In this document: in pieces, positions 39,206 through 53,261 of the stretch
Numbering within the stretch: the stretch's first letter is position 1
Layout: every line of letters starts with the position of its first letter
Origin: Mobula hypostoma
Taxonomy: Eukaryota
Length of the DNA: 64,000 nt
Assembly (NCBI RefSeq): GCF_963921235.1
Contig: NC_086108.1
Span: 52,516,001 to 52,580,000 of the forward strand
Reading direction: 5' to 3'
Notes under the pieces: model-generated
What the model saw: only the letters and a program-made list of their open reading frames with translations
What the model was told of the DNA's origin: nothing
Databases searched by the model: none
Position numbers and translations under genes: made by a program

Positions 39206-42200
39206 TTTACTGTACATCTTTACATATTTATCCCCTCCCCAGATCTTAACAAATCACTCAGCCAGAACAGGGTTTACTTCCATCAGTTGCATGCATCTTT
39301 CTGCTGCTTGCCTCTGTGTGACCATTGTTCACATATAAAGTGAGTCATGATGACATTTAGCTGTGGAATCATCACCACTGATCCAAGTCAATTTAAATGC
39401 ACACTGTCTATCAGGAGCCTTTTCTGCCCTAACTCTCAAGATTGGGAACACTGATGCAAGTTCTAGTGTACTGATTTCTTGCCTTCATCAAGACAATCTT
39501 ACTAAATACAGCCTATAAGACTGGATTCAAGACCTTCTCTGCCTCCATCTAAGAACAATCAAAGGCAATTTTTCAGTATGTGTAATGATATAAAGACTAA
39601 AGTCATTAGAATTCTTCTGTTAAACCATGACAATGTCTTTATCCAATAATAACTATAATGTGGACAGACAGGGCAAGAATTTCATTCTGTTAGACACTGG
39701 AGGCTTAGGAAGAGTTGGCCAGATTGTGTTGGATACTGAAATGCAAGCCTCACATTTCCAAAATGCTAATACTGTATGTTCCACCATCTCTGAAAGTAAT
39801 AATAGATGAAGTCTGTCATTCCATCTATAATATATATAAGATATACAATGATATTAATATTAAGGTACAATTCACAGCACATTTTGGGCAGATTTAATAC
39901 AAGGAAAAAAATTGCTGAAAGCAATCCACACCAAGTGTTGAAAACATGAAGTAAACATATTGTTAGTCATTAACTGACAACAAAAGACCGGAATGTTAAT
40001 AAAGAGTACTTTAATTGCATCTGATGACTTCGTTATATAAATTGTAAAAGAATGAAAATGAAAATATGTTTTATAATCCTGAACTATTTTGCCTGTTTTT
40101 TAGTTTATGATGTCATTTCTAGATGTATGTGATGTATGTTTAAAAACAGAAGGCTTCGAAAAATTCCTTTTGCCTAACAAATTGCCATTTCCAGACAAAG
40201 AGCAGCTTTAAGCATGTAATGTCTCTATTATATAATGGAAAGGAAGGAGCTACTTTTTTACTGCTTTATTCTTATTGCTGTAACAGCAGTTTGCATATCA
40301 ATATTTAGAAGTTTCAACTGTGCATCATTTATGCCAGTGAGGCAGCAATTGCGCAGGTTGTTGCCCATCTCTTCTATTGCCCTCTTTGGTAGCTTTAAAA
40401 TCTACATGTAATATGGCAACAACACCCACTAGCTTAATTTGATAATAATGTAGAACAGAGAAATAGAACTTGCCTTCCCTATCTGTACTTCTATATTTGT
40501 GTTTGCCCATATGAATATTTTTGTTTTTTTTCTCTCTATGTAACCGCTACAGTATTTCCCATGTATTTGCAACATATGGAAAGTCTACAGGCAAAAACGA
40601 CACGGAAGGTAACAGCAGAAAAAAGCAACATGAGGATTAGAAATACAATAGATAATTATGTTCTTTCAGACTGCAGAGAGCGCAACGTGCAGGAGATGAG
40701 CCTGAGGTGATTTAACATCAATTCATGCAATATTCACTCCAGTTCCTACTTACAAATAAATAAATAAAATTATGGATTATTTTTCTACATGAATGTGTTT
40801 GGAAAAACCTGTTTATATGAAGCCGTACGCATGGTTTTATTACAGTTAAGACACGTTTAATGAGGTGAACGTTCTGATGTCACAAATAAGGTTGATAACT
40901 GAACCCTTGAACATATTGTTTATGTGGACAGAGACAAGACATTCGATATGGTGCATAAGATATTATTGGAGACAGTGAGACTGTGCTGTACTGGACTGGT
41001 TTCGGAATTTGGTACAGGAAATAGGAATCAGGGATATGTATTATGTATGGTGAGATATCATACATAACATTTTCCAGGGACATACTCTGGAGCCTCAACT
41101 TCTCATGATATTTATGAATGACCTGAGAATATGGAATAGGTGGTTGTATTTGTCCTTGAGTAGAAGCAACAGTTAGTGATCTGAACATTATAGAGATTCA
41201 GATTAAATGTGGGCAAAGGAAGAGCAAATGGCATTTTATATAGCCAAGTATAAGGCTATCTTCTTTGAAATTAAAATAAAATAAACTGAAAAACTGGAAT
41301 GTATATAAAAAAAATAGAAGAGTGATCAACTAGAAATCAGTAAAAACACGCAGGTCAATTAAAAAATGAAATTACAAGATTAGCAGGCATTTATTTATGG
41401 CCGACTTACAAAAGAACATCTCATACTGTCTGGAAATGTCTGGCAACATCTCTACCCTGAAGGGTGTGGAAGTGAGATGATTGGGGTTACTGACAGAAGA
41501 AGTAGATACACTTCTGAAAGTTAAGGGATTGAGAGCTATGGGAAAGTGGCACAGATGAGGAACGCCTAGGGCAAATCAGCCTTGATTAAGGTTAATGGAC
41601 AGCAGGCTTGTAGGGCCAAGTGATCCACTGTTCCTATTTTCTTATGTGCCTGTGTTTTTATTGATGTAGGAAGCAGACTCCATTTCAAAGGGGTTGGAAA
41701 ACAAACAAAAGGAAGTTATGCTAAAGTTCTACAGAGTATTAAATGCTGGCCATAAATACAAGTTTTGTTTTTGGCACCACTTGTGCAAGTAAGAAGCCTG
41801 GCCTCGGAGGGCCTGCAGCACCAATTCATTAGAATGATAACAGATCGAGAGGGTTAAGTTATGAAAACGACTTGAACATACAAACTTAATCTCTTGTATA
41901 TGCAGGCAACTGAAAGGTAATTTGATGAGGTATGAACATTTATTATGTAATCAGATCCTGATTCCATAGATGCTCCAGAAACACCAATTAGACTATCAGT
42001 TTTTGATGGTTCAACTGATAGAAATCATAACTCTTGGGACTCCAAATTAGCCAATGAAAGAGCAGGTTCATTATGGTAATGTTGAATCCCTGACCACTTT
42101 GTCACTATCTTTTATGTTATGTAGTGCAACAACTTTCTTAAATGATCATACTTGCATTCATGACTCCACATTAAAACAGTATGTAGAAAATTAAGTTTTC

Positions 42201-45200
42201 AAAAAAGGTTTTCGCTTGGGGTCCTCACAAGGTTAAAACCATTCCTAAGAGAAATTATGACTACAGAATGAAACAGTTTCCACAGGACCTTCAATGCCAG
42301 TCAACACTGTAGATATAGCTAAGATATTGGACAATATAGGCCTTTATTTCATGGTCTTCCAAGGGAAGGTTACTAATCCAATGGAACAGAAAACTTTTGG
42401 TCTCTGCTCCTCATACACCATCTTACGATTGAGAAATTCCTGTGAGCTGGAGTGTCTACTTCTACCATAGCCCATGAAGAGTGGAGCAGCACATTTGGAA
42501 GCTGTTCCTGCTCTTTCACCTTAGTGTGCTCTGCGACCCAGTGTGCTGGCCATTTTAAAGAGAACTTAGAGAAAGCAGGTCAAGAGAACAAAGAGTGAAA
42601 GTCAGCAATAAAAGAAATTAACAACAGATTTAATTTAGCATGGGGTCAAATGTCTAGGGAGCATCACCACAGGACTCATGGCTTTCTGGACAACAGCCAA
42701 CAGAACTGATCCAGCAGCACTATCCTCTTTCCAGATGGAACGTATTCAGGAAGTGCCTAGCATTTTAAATGACTAATCCTGCAAATAAAGCTGGGTTCCA
42801 TTCCATCAGAGATATAGATTGAGTGCAGTACTCATACATATACTGGTCAGCTCTCAATTGAAAAATCAGGCTTCATGTCCACAATAGTTACACTATATTG
42901 AGAGTCATTGGTCACTCATGATCTAATTACATTTTAGCAAATTCAGAATATTTAAAAAACTTCCTTAGATTACAGAAGGTTAAATATCAATCCAACAAAA
43001 ATCACCTGTTTGAGCTTAGTCATCAATTGCAAAATCATCTTGAGAAGTAACTTTAAACAGCGGATCAATTCTAAGTGGTTGAAGAGGTTTTGCAAAAGGG
43101 AATGATTAGATTCCTGAAGCACTGGGACCAGTTAAGTCAACATCATATGCCCAAGTATATGTACGCACAGGTACAATGAAAAAGTACTTCTTCTGGAGAG
43201 AAGTGGGACCTGGACAGGAAATATGGAATGCCTTCTTGACAAAGCTGTGACCTATGTCCTTGTAGGGACAATTGCTAGCCTTGGGCAGAGAGGATTATAT
43301 TAATTCAGCAGGTGCAGGAAGGTAGCATTGAAAGGAACCTAAAACTATGCTAAAAGGATTGGAAGAATTAAATAGCATCAGAAATAAATATAAACAATTT
43401 TTGATATGTTTACATATGATTTAAGATATGTTTACATATTAAGACACTAACGAAGATTTACTAATGGTAAGGGGAGAATCAATGAGGAAAATGCAGTTCA
43501 CCTATAAATGTATTTCCAAAAGGTGTTTGTTGAAGTTGTGTATAATAGGCTTATCATTAAGATTGCAGGCAGTGCAACAAAATAAAGTGTCATAACATGG
43601 ACAGAAAATTGGTTAAAGGAAACAATATCGAAAAGTAATTCAGACTAAAGTGAAGTGTACTATATATTTCTCCAGAGATCAGTACTAGATCACAGCTTAT
43701 ATATAGATCACTTAGACTTGGGTATACAAAGAATAATTTTAAAATATTTAAAGAAGGATAGTAATACAGGTTAAAAAATCTCTACTCTGGCATCCTTGTG
43801 ACCTCATCGGTGTCTAAACACAGGATCCTCCGATGATCACCTTTTGAGCAGGGTGACTGTTCTTTTAAATATAGGCACTCCCCAGCTTATGAGTTCTGGG
43901 AACTGACAATACCCTGGAATTTCTGTAAACTGGAAATGCTGTCAATCAAGACTGCAACCGTTGCATTCATAAGTGGATTAACTAGAGATTAGTAGAAATC
44001 TTAGTTAATTTTAAATTTGAATTAAATCTTACTTCGAATTAGTTTATTAAGTTCAGATTTGTACTACAGATTCAGAATATGCTGGATAACAGAAGCTACC
44101 AGACCACAGAGTCTCAAGCTGTAGAGAACAAGGCAGATGGAAATGGGCAGATAGCAAATTAACTTGTTTTTTTTATATAGATCCTTTCCAGTCCAATGAG
44201 TCTGTGCTGGCTAATTACACTCATGACCAATTAACCCACGAACCTGCACATCTCGGGACTGTGAGAGGAAACCAATGCAGCCGGTGGAAACCCAAGCAGT
44301 CACGAGGAGAACATATAAACTTACTCCCTGTTTTTAAACAAAGTTTTTAACGGTTGCAGCACTTTGTCCCATGTCCCAATTACTGTGGAGTAAACTATAA
44401 AAATATTCATGACAGCCCATCACACATGGTTTGACCTGTTGAAACTGTGTTGGAGTGATAGGGGCTGGGATGTTGGCTTGTGGGAAGGAGTTTCTTGACA
44501 GGTTGTAAATTTTAAGTTTTTGCAAAGAATGAAAAGAGGCAAAATTCAGAACAACAGAGAGATCTGGGAATGTAAGCGCATTATTAATTTGAAGTGGTAG
44601 GCCACGTTGCGAAGGTAGTTTAATTGCAAATAGGATCCTGGGCTTCAAAAACAGAGACATCAGTTATAAGAGTTATGAAATCATGGATCGCTAAAAACAT
44701 TGGCTTGATCACATTTGGAGTATTCTTTCTGGTTCCTTCCCTTAAGGAAAGATTTAAAGGCTTTAATAGGTGAGGGAAATATTTACTAAAGTGATTCCAC
44801 AGGAGAGGCATTCATTATGTGGATACAAATGCTTTGGAGAAGCTGGTGCTGTTCTCTAACAGAGGGAGGAGATTCTGCTGAAATATGATAAAGATATTAT
44901 AATTGTGAAGGGTGTCAACCAAGCAGGCAGAGACAAAACCATGGATCAGAAAACCTAAAATGAAGGTAACCGGCAACAGAACCAAATATGACATGTGGAT
45001 AAACCTGTGACTGTTTAGAATTCGGAAAGGAGGTTCAGAAGAGATTGGGATAAACAAATGAAAGGAAAGAACTTAGAGGTGTGGGGAGAAAGTAGGGGAG
45101 TGGGACTGCTGGATTGTTCTTAAATAAAGCCTAACTGGACTTGCTGAACCAAATGGCCTTCACCTGGACTGTAATCGTTCTGTGATAACTAGTTATGAAA

Positions 45201-46006
45201 GCTTTCAGGTATTCAATTCTGTTGAACTTGCTACAGAAAGCAAGTAACCACTGTGGTATTTAACATAAAATGAAGAGGATATAGCAAAACTATTCTACCT
45301 ATGTTAGGGTTATTTGCCCCATCTTTTCCCTCTACTAAAATTAACAATAACTACAGAAAAGATGTTGAAATTAAGCTTACAGGAGTGAATGTTGCAAATT
45401 TATTAGAATATTTAGTCAGACCAAACAGCATGATTCCAACATAATAAATACAGGTATGTGGAATGCAATACCAAAAGTGCCCAGAGAGAAAACAAAAAGT
45501 TATGCAATTGACAGCAAATTTAATATTTTTTCCTCAGTAAGGACTGCTCACTGATTGCATCAGCTATTGCAATAGATCAACAAAGTGCAAAACTTACCAC
45601 AATAGGAAAGTAATAAAAGTGGGAAGAAGGGGCCAGCACCAGGGCGAGCAAAAGGGAGAGAGGGGAGAAAACAAATTACTTTAATCAGGGTGGGGATCTT
45701 TGAAACAAAAAAAGCAATAAATTCCAGCAATAAAATTAAATAAGAAAAAGACAAATATCAAACCCACTCAAACAGCACAGCACAACAGGCAGTACCTGTA
45801 TAAGAGGGTTAAAATATTCACTATACCATAAGATAAATGATCAAGAATGTAAAGGAAGCTAACAGTGATCACAATTGGACAAGCAAACAGACTAGAAAGA
45901 TATTTTACCATGCAATGTTGTAATGTGTGACTCGTGAACAATGAACATAAATAATTGCACTGAGAAAAAAATGTATAAATCAGAACCAGAAAAATAAAAA
46001 TCTTAC

Positions 46007-46036
46007 TGCCAGCAGCAGTGAGAGGCAATAAGATGT
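46007..46036 (-). CDS. Candidate 30-nt DOCK7 cassette microexon (TSYCLSLLLA)
   Basis: ttttaattttttttgtttcacag acceptor, gtaaga donor, in frame, phase 0/0; no transcript evidence. Confidence 0.45.
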
Positions 46037-46322
46037 CTGTGAAACAAAAAAAATTAAAAGCTAGTGATAATGGAAGTGACTCATTCACAGGACTCTTCAT
46101 TAGTGAGAAAATGTTTATTTGACATGCACCATCTGTGAGATCTGTTCATCTGAAAGCATTTCATATGACCTCAGCAAAAGGATTTACAATTCTGAGATCA
46201 AAGGAAATGTTTTCTTAACAAGACAACAACAGAATACCCACAGGCAGCACACACGGGCAAAGCATTCGCATGAGTCTTAGAAAAGACATTAGTGCTCCAA
46301 CATCAACTGAAGTGACACCTAC

Positions 46323-46337
46323 CTCCCAGCCAGTACT
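46323..46337 (-). CDS. DOCK7: DOCK7 15-nt microexon STGWE
   Basis: ttctgttatacag|AGT ACT GGC TGG GAG|gtaggt; matches the KIVHQ-STGWE-RMFGTYF isoform recalled for human DOCK7. Confidence 0.9.
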
Positions 46338-46552
46338 CTGTATAACAGAAAGTAGAGTCATGTCAAATAGTCACACAACAGACAAGTTCCTGTAAAGTTG
46401 GGATTACATATGCAAAAAGAAAAGCATGCATGTACACATTTAAATGTACTGTATTCTTCTGGACACATTAATTCCAACTGTGCTATTCTTAGAGGGAAAC
46501 TGAATTAAAGTCACTACTTTAAGAACTTACCCAAATCAAATATTGACAATTA

Positions 46553-46741
<189 letters not shown>

Positions 46742-47347
46742 TTATTTGAAAGCCCAAAGTTATTACTAACAGCAAGTACAATGAGCCTCCTGTACAACAG
46801 TATTTGTTTAATTAAAGTATATTCAAGGCAAGTTATGATTTTGCAGACATCAACAAACAATTGAGAATGTTTTCTTGCATCAAGAGGCCAAGCTAGAAAG
46901 TTTCTTTGAGCATTATTTCTCTGTACATATCTGTTAATGGTCACTAAGTGAAGCACTGCTCAGTTATAGATAGAGGTGATGAGCGAGACCTGTGAACTGA
47001 TTGTAAGTGGCATTTATAGGCAATCTAATTTTGATTCATGTAGATAGCCATCTAAGCTGTTATCAAGGTAACTATCTATTATTCAATAAATGAACAGTAT
47101 TAAAGTCTAGTAATGCTTAATAATTTCTAATGAAGTCACAGAGGAAATAGTTAATATAATATATTTAGACTTTCAAAAGGTCTTTGATAAGGACAAGTTT
47201 ATCATTAAGATTGAAGGCTGAGGAATGAAAGAAACATCAAGGGATATAAAACTAGATTGTGCAGCAGGAAACAGAGCATGGTTAAGAGTTATTTTTCAGA
47301 CTGTAAGTGAGTGTTGGAACCTGGACTGCTGTTTTCCTTAAAATATA

Positions 47348-47861
47348 CAGCACTGTGTAAAAGTCTTAGGCACATATATATATAGCTAAGTGCAAATTAC
47401 TGTAGTAATTTTATGTATTGCACTGTACTTGTGCTAAAAAAAAAACAAATTTGGTAACATCTGTGAGTGATGATAAACCTGATTCTGATATGGGTCTCTA
47501 TTGTGGACTGAGAGTGGGAAGGGGCCAGGAAGAGGGGAATCATGGTTGGCAAAAGGGGAAGGGAGAAGGGAGGGAGTGAGATGCAACAGAGAGACCTTCT
47601 GTAATGATCAATAAATCATTTGTTTGCAATCAAATTACCTGGCCTGGTATCTCAAGATCTGCACCCAGACCCCTCCCTGTCCCTGGCATTCCTTCTCTGC
47701 CAGCTGTCCTGCAGCGCTCCTCCCTTGCCATTCCCAACATCATTTGCTCTCACCAGATTTAAAACTCGCTCTCTGCTCCACATTGACAAATACAGTACTG
47801 TGCAAAAATCTTAGGCACCCTAGCTATACGTATGCATGCCTAAGACTTTTGCATGGTACTG
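47348..47861. mobile_element. Composite Tc1/mariner-type MITE, copy 2 (two mini-MITEs flanking about 390 bp)
   Basis: Mini-MITEs at 47348-47402 and 47793-47861 (25-bp TIRs, TA flanks); cargo homologous to about 3710-3998 in reverse. Confidence 0.65.
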
Positions 47862-48334
47862 TAATCAATGACTTCGAGCTGAATGCACAGGGCACAATTT
47901 CCAAATTTCCAAGTGTGAGGGACAGAAACAGTTTCAAGGGAAAAGGTAGAAATGAGAGACTGATAGCAAATAAAAATTACTAAGAAATGCCATGTTTGAT
48001 ATTTTGGTAGGAAAAAAATGAGAAATGCAATCTAAACTGGAGGGCACACAATTACAGCGGAGACATAGGGTAAAGCGAAAAAACTCAGTTACCTGTGAGA
48101 CCTATGTCTGTGGTACAGACACCATAATGATGTCAGTGGTTGATATAACGCTGGTTACAAGAAGATCAGATAGAGGTAGTTAAAATCACAAAGGGTATAT
48201 AGAGAGAGAAGATATGGGGAAATTGTCCCCATTGTTTCAGGGAACAAAGAATAAAGATGACTGGAAAAAAAATGCAAAAGTGACATGCAGAAAGACATCT
48301 TTATTCAGGCCGGTACACTAGCAGAGAGGAGTCA

Positions 48335-48850
48335 CAGTGTCATAGTAGTACAGCACAGAAACAGGGCCTTTGGACCCCCACATCCTCTCTAACTAAGCTG
48401 CTCAATTAAACTCGCCCTATTTGCCTGCATTGGGCCCATGTCCTTCTGAACTTCTCCTATCCATGTATGTCCAAGTGCCTTTTAAATGTTATAGCTATAC
48501 ATGCTTCAAGCAGTTTCTCAGCAGCTCCTTCCACATATTCACTACCCTCTGCAGAAAGAAATTGGTCCTCAGATCCTTTTCAAGTATTTCCTCTTTCACC
48601 TTAAAACTACACCCTTGCCCTGGAAAAAGTAGACTGTGCACATTCAACTTAGTTATACCCCTAATAGTTCCATGCACTTCTTTAAAGTCATCCTTCCGTC
48701 TCCTACATTCGAAGGAATAAAGTACTAAATGGCCCAACCTTTCACTATAACTCAGACCCTCGAGCTCTGGCAAAATTCTTATAAATCTTCTTTGCTCTCT
48801 TTCCAGCATAGTGATGTCTTTTCTGTAACTGAGGGACCAAAACTGTATAC
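48335..48850 (-). mobile_element. CR1 3' fragment
   Basis: ORF 48495-48809 LEREQRRFIRILPELEGLSYSERL...NFFLQRVVNMW resembles the CR1 ORF2 C-terminus. Confidence 0.75.
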
Positions 48851-50418
48851 AAAGCTGATCAAAATCCCCCCATCATTTTCGAAAATCTTTTTCACTGTCT
48901 ATGATACTTTCTATTCCAGGGCATTCAAAAGGAATCTGGTAATCTGGTAGACTACTAGACAGGTATATGGAGGAATTTAAGGTGGGGGGTTATATGGGAG
49001 GCAGGGTTTGAGGGTCGGCACAACATTGTGGGCCGAAGGGCCTGTAATGTGCTGTACTGTTCTATGTTCTAAATAGCCGAGAGGAAAGATTTGCAGGGAA
49101 GGGGGACCGATTTGGGGGAGTGGGGTAGAGACTCACTGCACCCAATATCCTTCCACCGTGCTGCAACTGTTCTCTGTAAGGAGCCCATGTTGTAATTCAT
49201 GACAAATACCCAAAGCTCAAAGTTCTGTGGCTAAGGTGCTCTACTTAATTGCTAAATTATATTTACCTACATTCTGAACAGTAATAGGCACAGCTTAGGT
49301 TGTGAAAGATGAGTGTTCACCAAATGGGATAGCCTTAATGACAAAGATCTACCAAAATATGAAAATGTAATCCAAAATTAAATTCAAATATTCTTGTTCA
49401 GGGAAGAATAAATAGGCCACTCTTATTAATCATTGATCATTGTGTAAATGGATTTATTAACCTGCTGCAGCAACATAACGAAATATTCCCTTTGGGCACC
49501 CTGATGGTAATTGTTCAGCACTGCGTTTGAACAATACAAAAGCAACAAAGCTACAAGCTATAGAATGGGATGGAGAGGAAATTGAGCCGTGAGTCTCTGC
49601 ACTTTGTTTCCTGTACCTTGTAATATAGCATTTCATAAACAAACATTGTGTTGCGTGGTCAATATTTTACCAAACAGATAAACTTTCTTTGGCTTTTTTT
49701 GTTGTCTAAATAAAATTTCACTGAGGGGACTCAGCAATGTATATGTTGATGTAAGGCATGAATTAATAATCCTTAAACTACAGGAAACTCAATGCAAAAA
49801 TCCTTATCTAGGTGAAATGCAGGAGATGTTTCCTCATGCCTCCTTATTTTCCATTATTAGTATTGATTGATCAGGTCATAATGGGCCAAATGGCTTACTA
49901 CACTATTCCACATTCTGGAGTCTATAAATAAACTCTTGATCTGTTCCCTGCACACATTTGTGCACAGAACTTGAAATGCAGAAAGCACATCCAGGAACCA
50001 AGGCATTTTTTCTAACTGTACACAAAAAGCTGGGATTAGATTTGTCATTGGTACATAATTAGTCCACCTAAATGCATTCTGCAAGCAGATAAACAGTGAA
50101 ATAATACCAATACACACACACACACACTATATATTCCCCCCCCCCACCCCTCCCCTTTACCACATTGGAAAATAAGGAACGTGAAATCAGAACAGGTTGT
50201 TCAGATCATCAGACCCACTCTTTTGATGGACTATGTACCTAATTTTAACTCTAATTAACTCATTTAAGCTCATTTTTTCTCAAATACTAGGTGTCTATCT
50301 GTAAAAGATAGGCATTCACTAACTTTTATGTCATTCACATTGCACCTGGTCTGGTGACCTTCACTCCACCCACCAAGAGAGCAGTACAAGACAGCAAGAC
50401 AAGTGAAACAATACATAC

Positions 50419-50562
50419 CATTGAAAACAGGTCTGCAGCTTGTTCCATCAATCCCACAAGACCAGCCTCTGTAAAATATTTTCCAGAGCAGATTCCTTCC
50501 TCATCTGGTGAAAGTACATCATCCGAAACTGCAGACTCCTCCAAAACATTAAAAGAGATGTT
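50419..50562 (-). CDS. DOCK7: DOCK7 exon (most 5' DOCK7 exon in the window)
   Basis: [48 protein letters not shown], 144 nt, AG/GT. Confidence 0.97.
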
Positions 50563-50969
50563 CTGGAAGGAAATAGAGAAAGGTATAAACCACAGATAAT
50601 TTCAATGACAGAAAGCTTTTAATTAGGGTAATCAAGTTAGCTCATTATTGATCAAAGTCTCCACAAATACAGGAGACAAACAACCATGAAAAACAATTTC
50701 CCTATATTTCTCTCAGGAATTATTAATGTAACCAATTAACTTCAGTCCATTCAGAGGGTATTTCTAGAGTCCCCATGGGGATTGTGCCTCTACAGAACAG
50801 GCAAATCCTGACCTAAGCTTTGTTCCACTTTATAGTCCTGCAGAATTGCTGTGAATGAAGAGCAGAGGTTCCCAACTTTATTTGGGTTACTACCCCCTTG
50901 GCTCCCAGACCACATTCCCAGTGACCCCTCTCCGTTTCTGGCCGTTCCATAAAAACTATAATAAATCTA

Positions 50970-53261
50970 AAAAATCACTAAGCAACTACCATCAACAGAT
51001 CACTTGCAATACCACAGAAACACACTGGATCATTGCTACACCACCAAGAATACCTACCGTGCTATTCTATGCCCTCACTTCGGGAAGTCTGATCACCTGG
51101 CTGTACTTCAGCTCCCTGAGTATAGGCAGAGACTGAAGACTGCAGCACCAGTAGTGAGGACCAAGAAGGTTATGGACAAGGGAAGCACGGGATCACCTAC
51201 AGGACAGCTTTGAATCAGCGGACTGGACTGTATGCAGGGATTCATCTTCGAATCTGAATGAGTATCCTGCAGTTGTTACCAACTTCATTAAAACCTGTGT
51301 GGATGGGTGTGTGCCTACAAAGACTTACTGTACATTCCCAAACCAAAAGCCATGGATGAACCAGGAGGTACATTGTCTGCTGAAGGCTAGATCTGTGGCA
51401 TTCAAGTCTGGCAACCCAGGCCTGTACCAGGAAACCAGGTATGATTTGCGGAGGACTATTTCAAGGGAGTAGAGACAATTCTGAACGAGGTTGGAGGCGA
51501 CATCGGATGCACGGCAACTCTGGCAGGGTCTGCAAGACAGTACTTCCTACAAAGCGAAACCCAATAGCATGAATGGCTACCAGATGAACTCAACGCCTTC
51601 TATGCACGCTTTGAAAGGGAGAACACAACTACAGCTGTGGAGATCCCTGCTGCACCTGACAACCCTGTGATCTCTGTCTCAGAGGCCGATGTTAGGCTGT
51701 CTTTAAAGAGAGTGAACCCTCAAAAGGCAGAAGGTCCCAATAGAGTACCTGGTAAGGCTCTGAAAACCTGTGCCGACCAACTGGCGGGAGAATTCAGGGA
51801 CATGTTCAACCTCTCACTGCTATGGGCGTAAGTTCCCAACTGCTTCAAAAAAGCAACAATTATACCAGTGCCTAAGAAGAATAATGTAAGCTGCCTTAAT
51901 GACTATCGCCCAATAGCACTCACATCAACAGTGATGAAATGCTTTGAGAGGTTGGTCATGACTAGACTGAACTCCTGCCTCAGCAAGGACATGGACCCAT
52001 TGCAATTTGCCTATCGCCACAATAGGTCAATGGCAGATGCAATCTCAATGGCTCTCCACACGGCTTTAGACCACTGGGACAACAAACACCTACGTCAGGA
52101 TGCTGTTCATCAGTTATAGCTTACCATCATTCCCACAATCCTGATTGAGAAGTTGCAGAACCTGGGGCACTTTACCTCCCTCAGCAACTGGATCCTTGAC
52201 TTCCTAACCAGAAGACCACAGTCTGTGCAGATTGGTGATAACATATCCTCCTCGCTGACCATCAACACTCAGGGGTGTGTGCTTAGCCCACTGCTCTACT
52301 CTCTATATACACATGACTGTGTGGCTAGGCATAGCTCAAATACCATCTATAAATTTGCTGACGATACAACCATTGTTGGTAGAATCTCAGGTTGTAACGA
52401 GAGGACGTACAGAAGTGAGATATGCCAACTAGTGAAATAGTGCCACAGCAACAACCTGGCACTCAATGTCAGTAAGACGAAAGAGCCGTTTGTAGACTTC
52501 AGGAAGGGTAAGGCGAAGGAACACATACCAATCCTCATAGAGGGATCAGAAGTGGAGAGAGTGAGCAGCTTCAAGCTCCTTAGTGTCAAGATCTCTGAGG
52601 ATCTAACCTGGTCCCAACATGTCGATGTAGTCATAAAGAAGGCAAGGCAGCAGCAATACTTTATTAGGAGTTTGAAGAAATTTGGCAGTCAACAAATACA
52701 CTCAAAAACTTCTATAGTTGTACAGTGGAGAGCATTCTGACAAGCTACATCACTGTCTGGTATGGAGGGGCTACTGCACAGGACCAAAAGAAGCTGCAGA
52801 AGGTTGTAAATCTAGTCAGCTCCATCTTGGATACTAGCCTACAAAGTACCCAGGACATCTTCAGGGAGCGGTGTCTCAGAAAGGCAGCGTCCATTATTAA
52901 GGACCTCCAGCACCCAGGACATGCCCTTTTCTCACTGTTACCATCAGGTAGGAGGTACAGAAGCCTGAAGGCACACACTCAGCGATTCACGAACAGCTTC
53001 TTCCCCTCTGCCATTGATTCCTAAATGGGCATTGAAGCTTTGGACACTACCTCACTTAAAAAAAAAAGTCTTTCTGTTTTTGCGCTTTTTAAAAAATCTA
53101 TTCAATATACATAATTGATTTACTCATTTATTATTATTTTTATTTTATTTATTACTACTTTTTTCTCTCTGCTAGATTATGTATTATATTGAACTGCTGC
53201 TGCTGCTAAGTTAACAAATTTCATGTCACATGCCAGTGATAATAAACCTGATTCTGATTCT
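50970..53261 (+). mobile_element. Rex1/Babar-type LINE, 5'-truncated
   Basis: Endonuclease end (TLDHCYTT, HFGKSDHLAV), RT ([48 protein letters not shown]) with stops and frameshifts; aataaacct(gattct)n tail. Confidence 0.88.

Noticed and set aside
40260..40401. Possible alternative terminal DOCK7 exon (ILKLPKRAIEEMGNNLRNCC...)
   Set aside because: Weak acceptor and no other support; an open frame this long can arise by chance
45768..45810. ccctcttatacag|gtactg as a recursive splice site
   Set aside because: Donor half is weak and the intron is only 13 kb; cannot be supported from sequence alone
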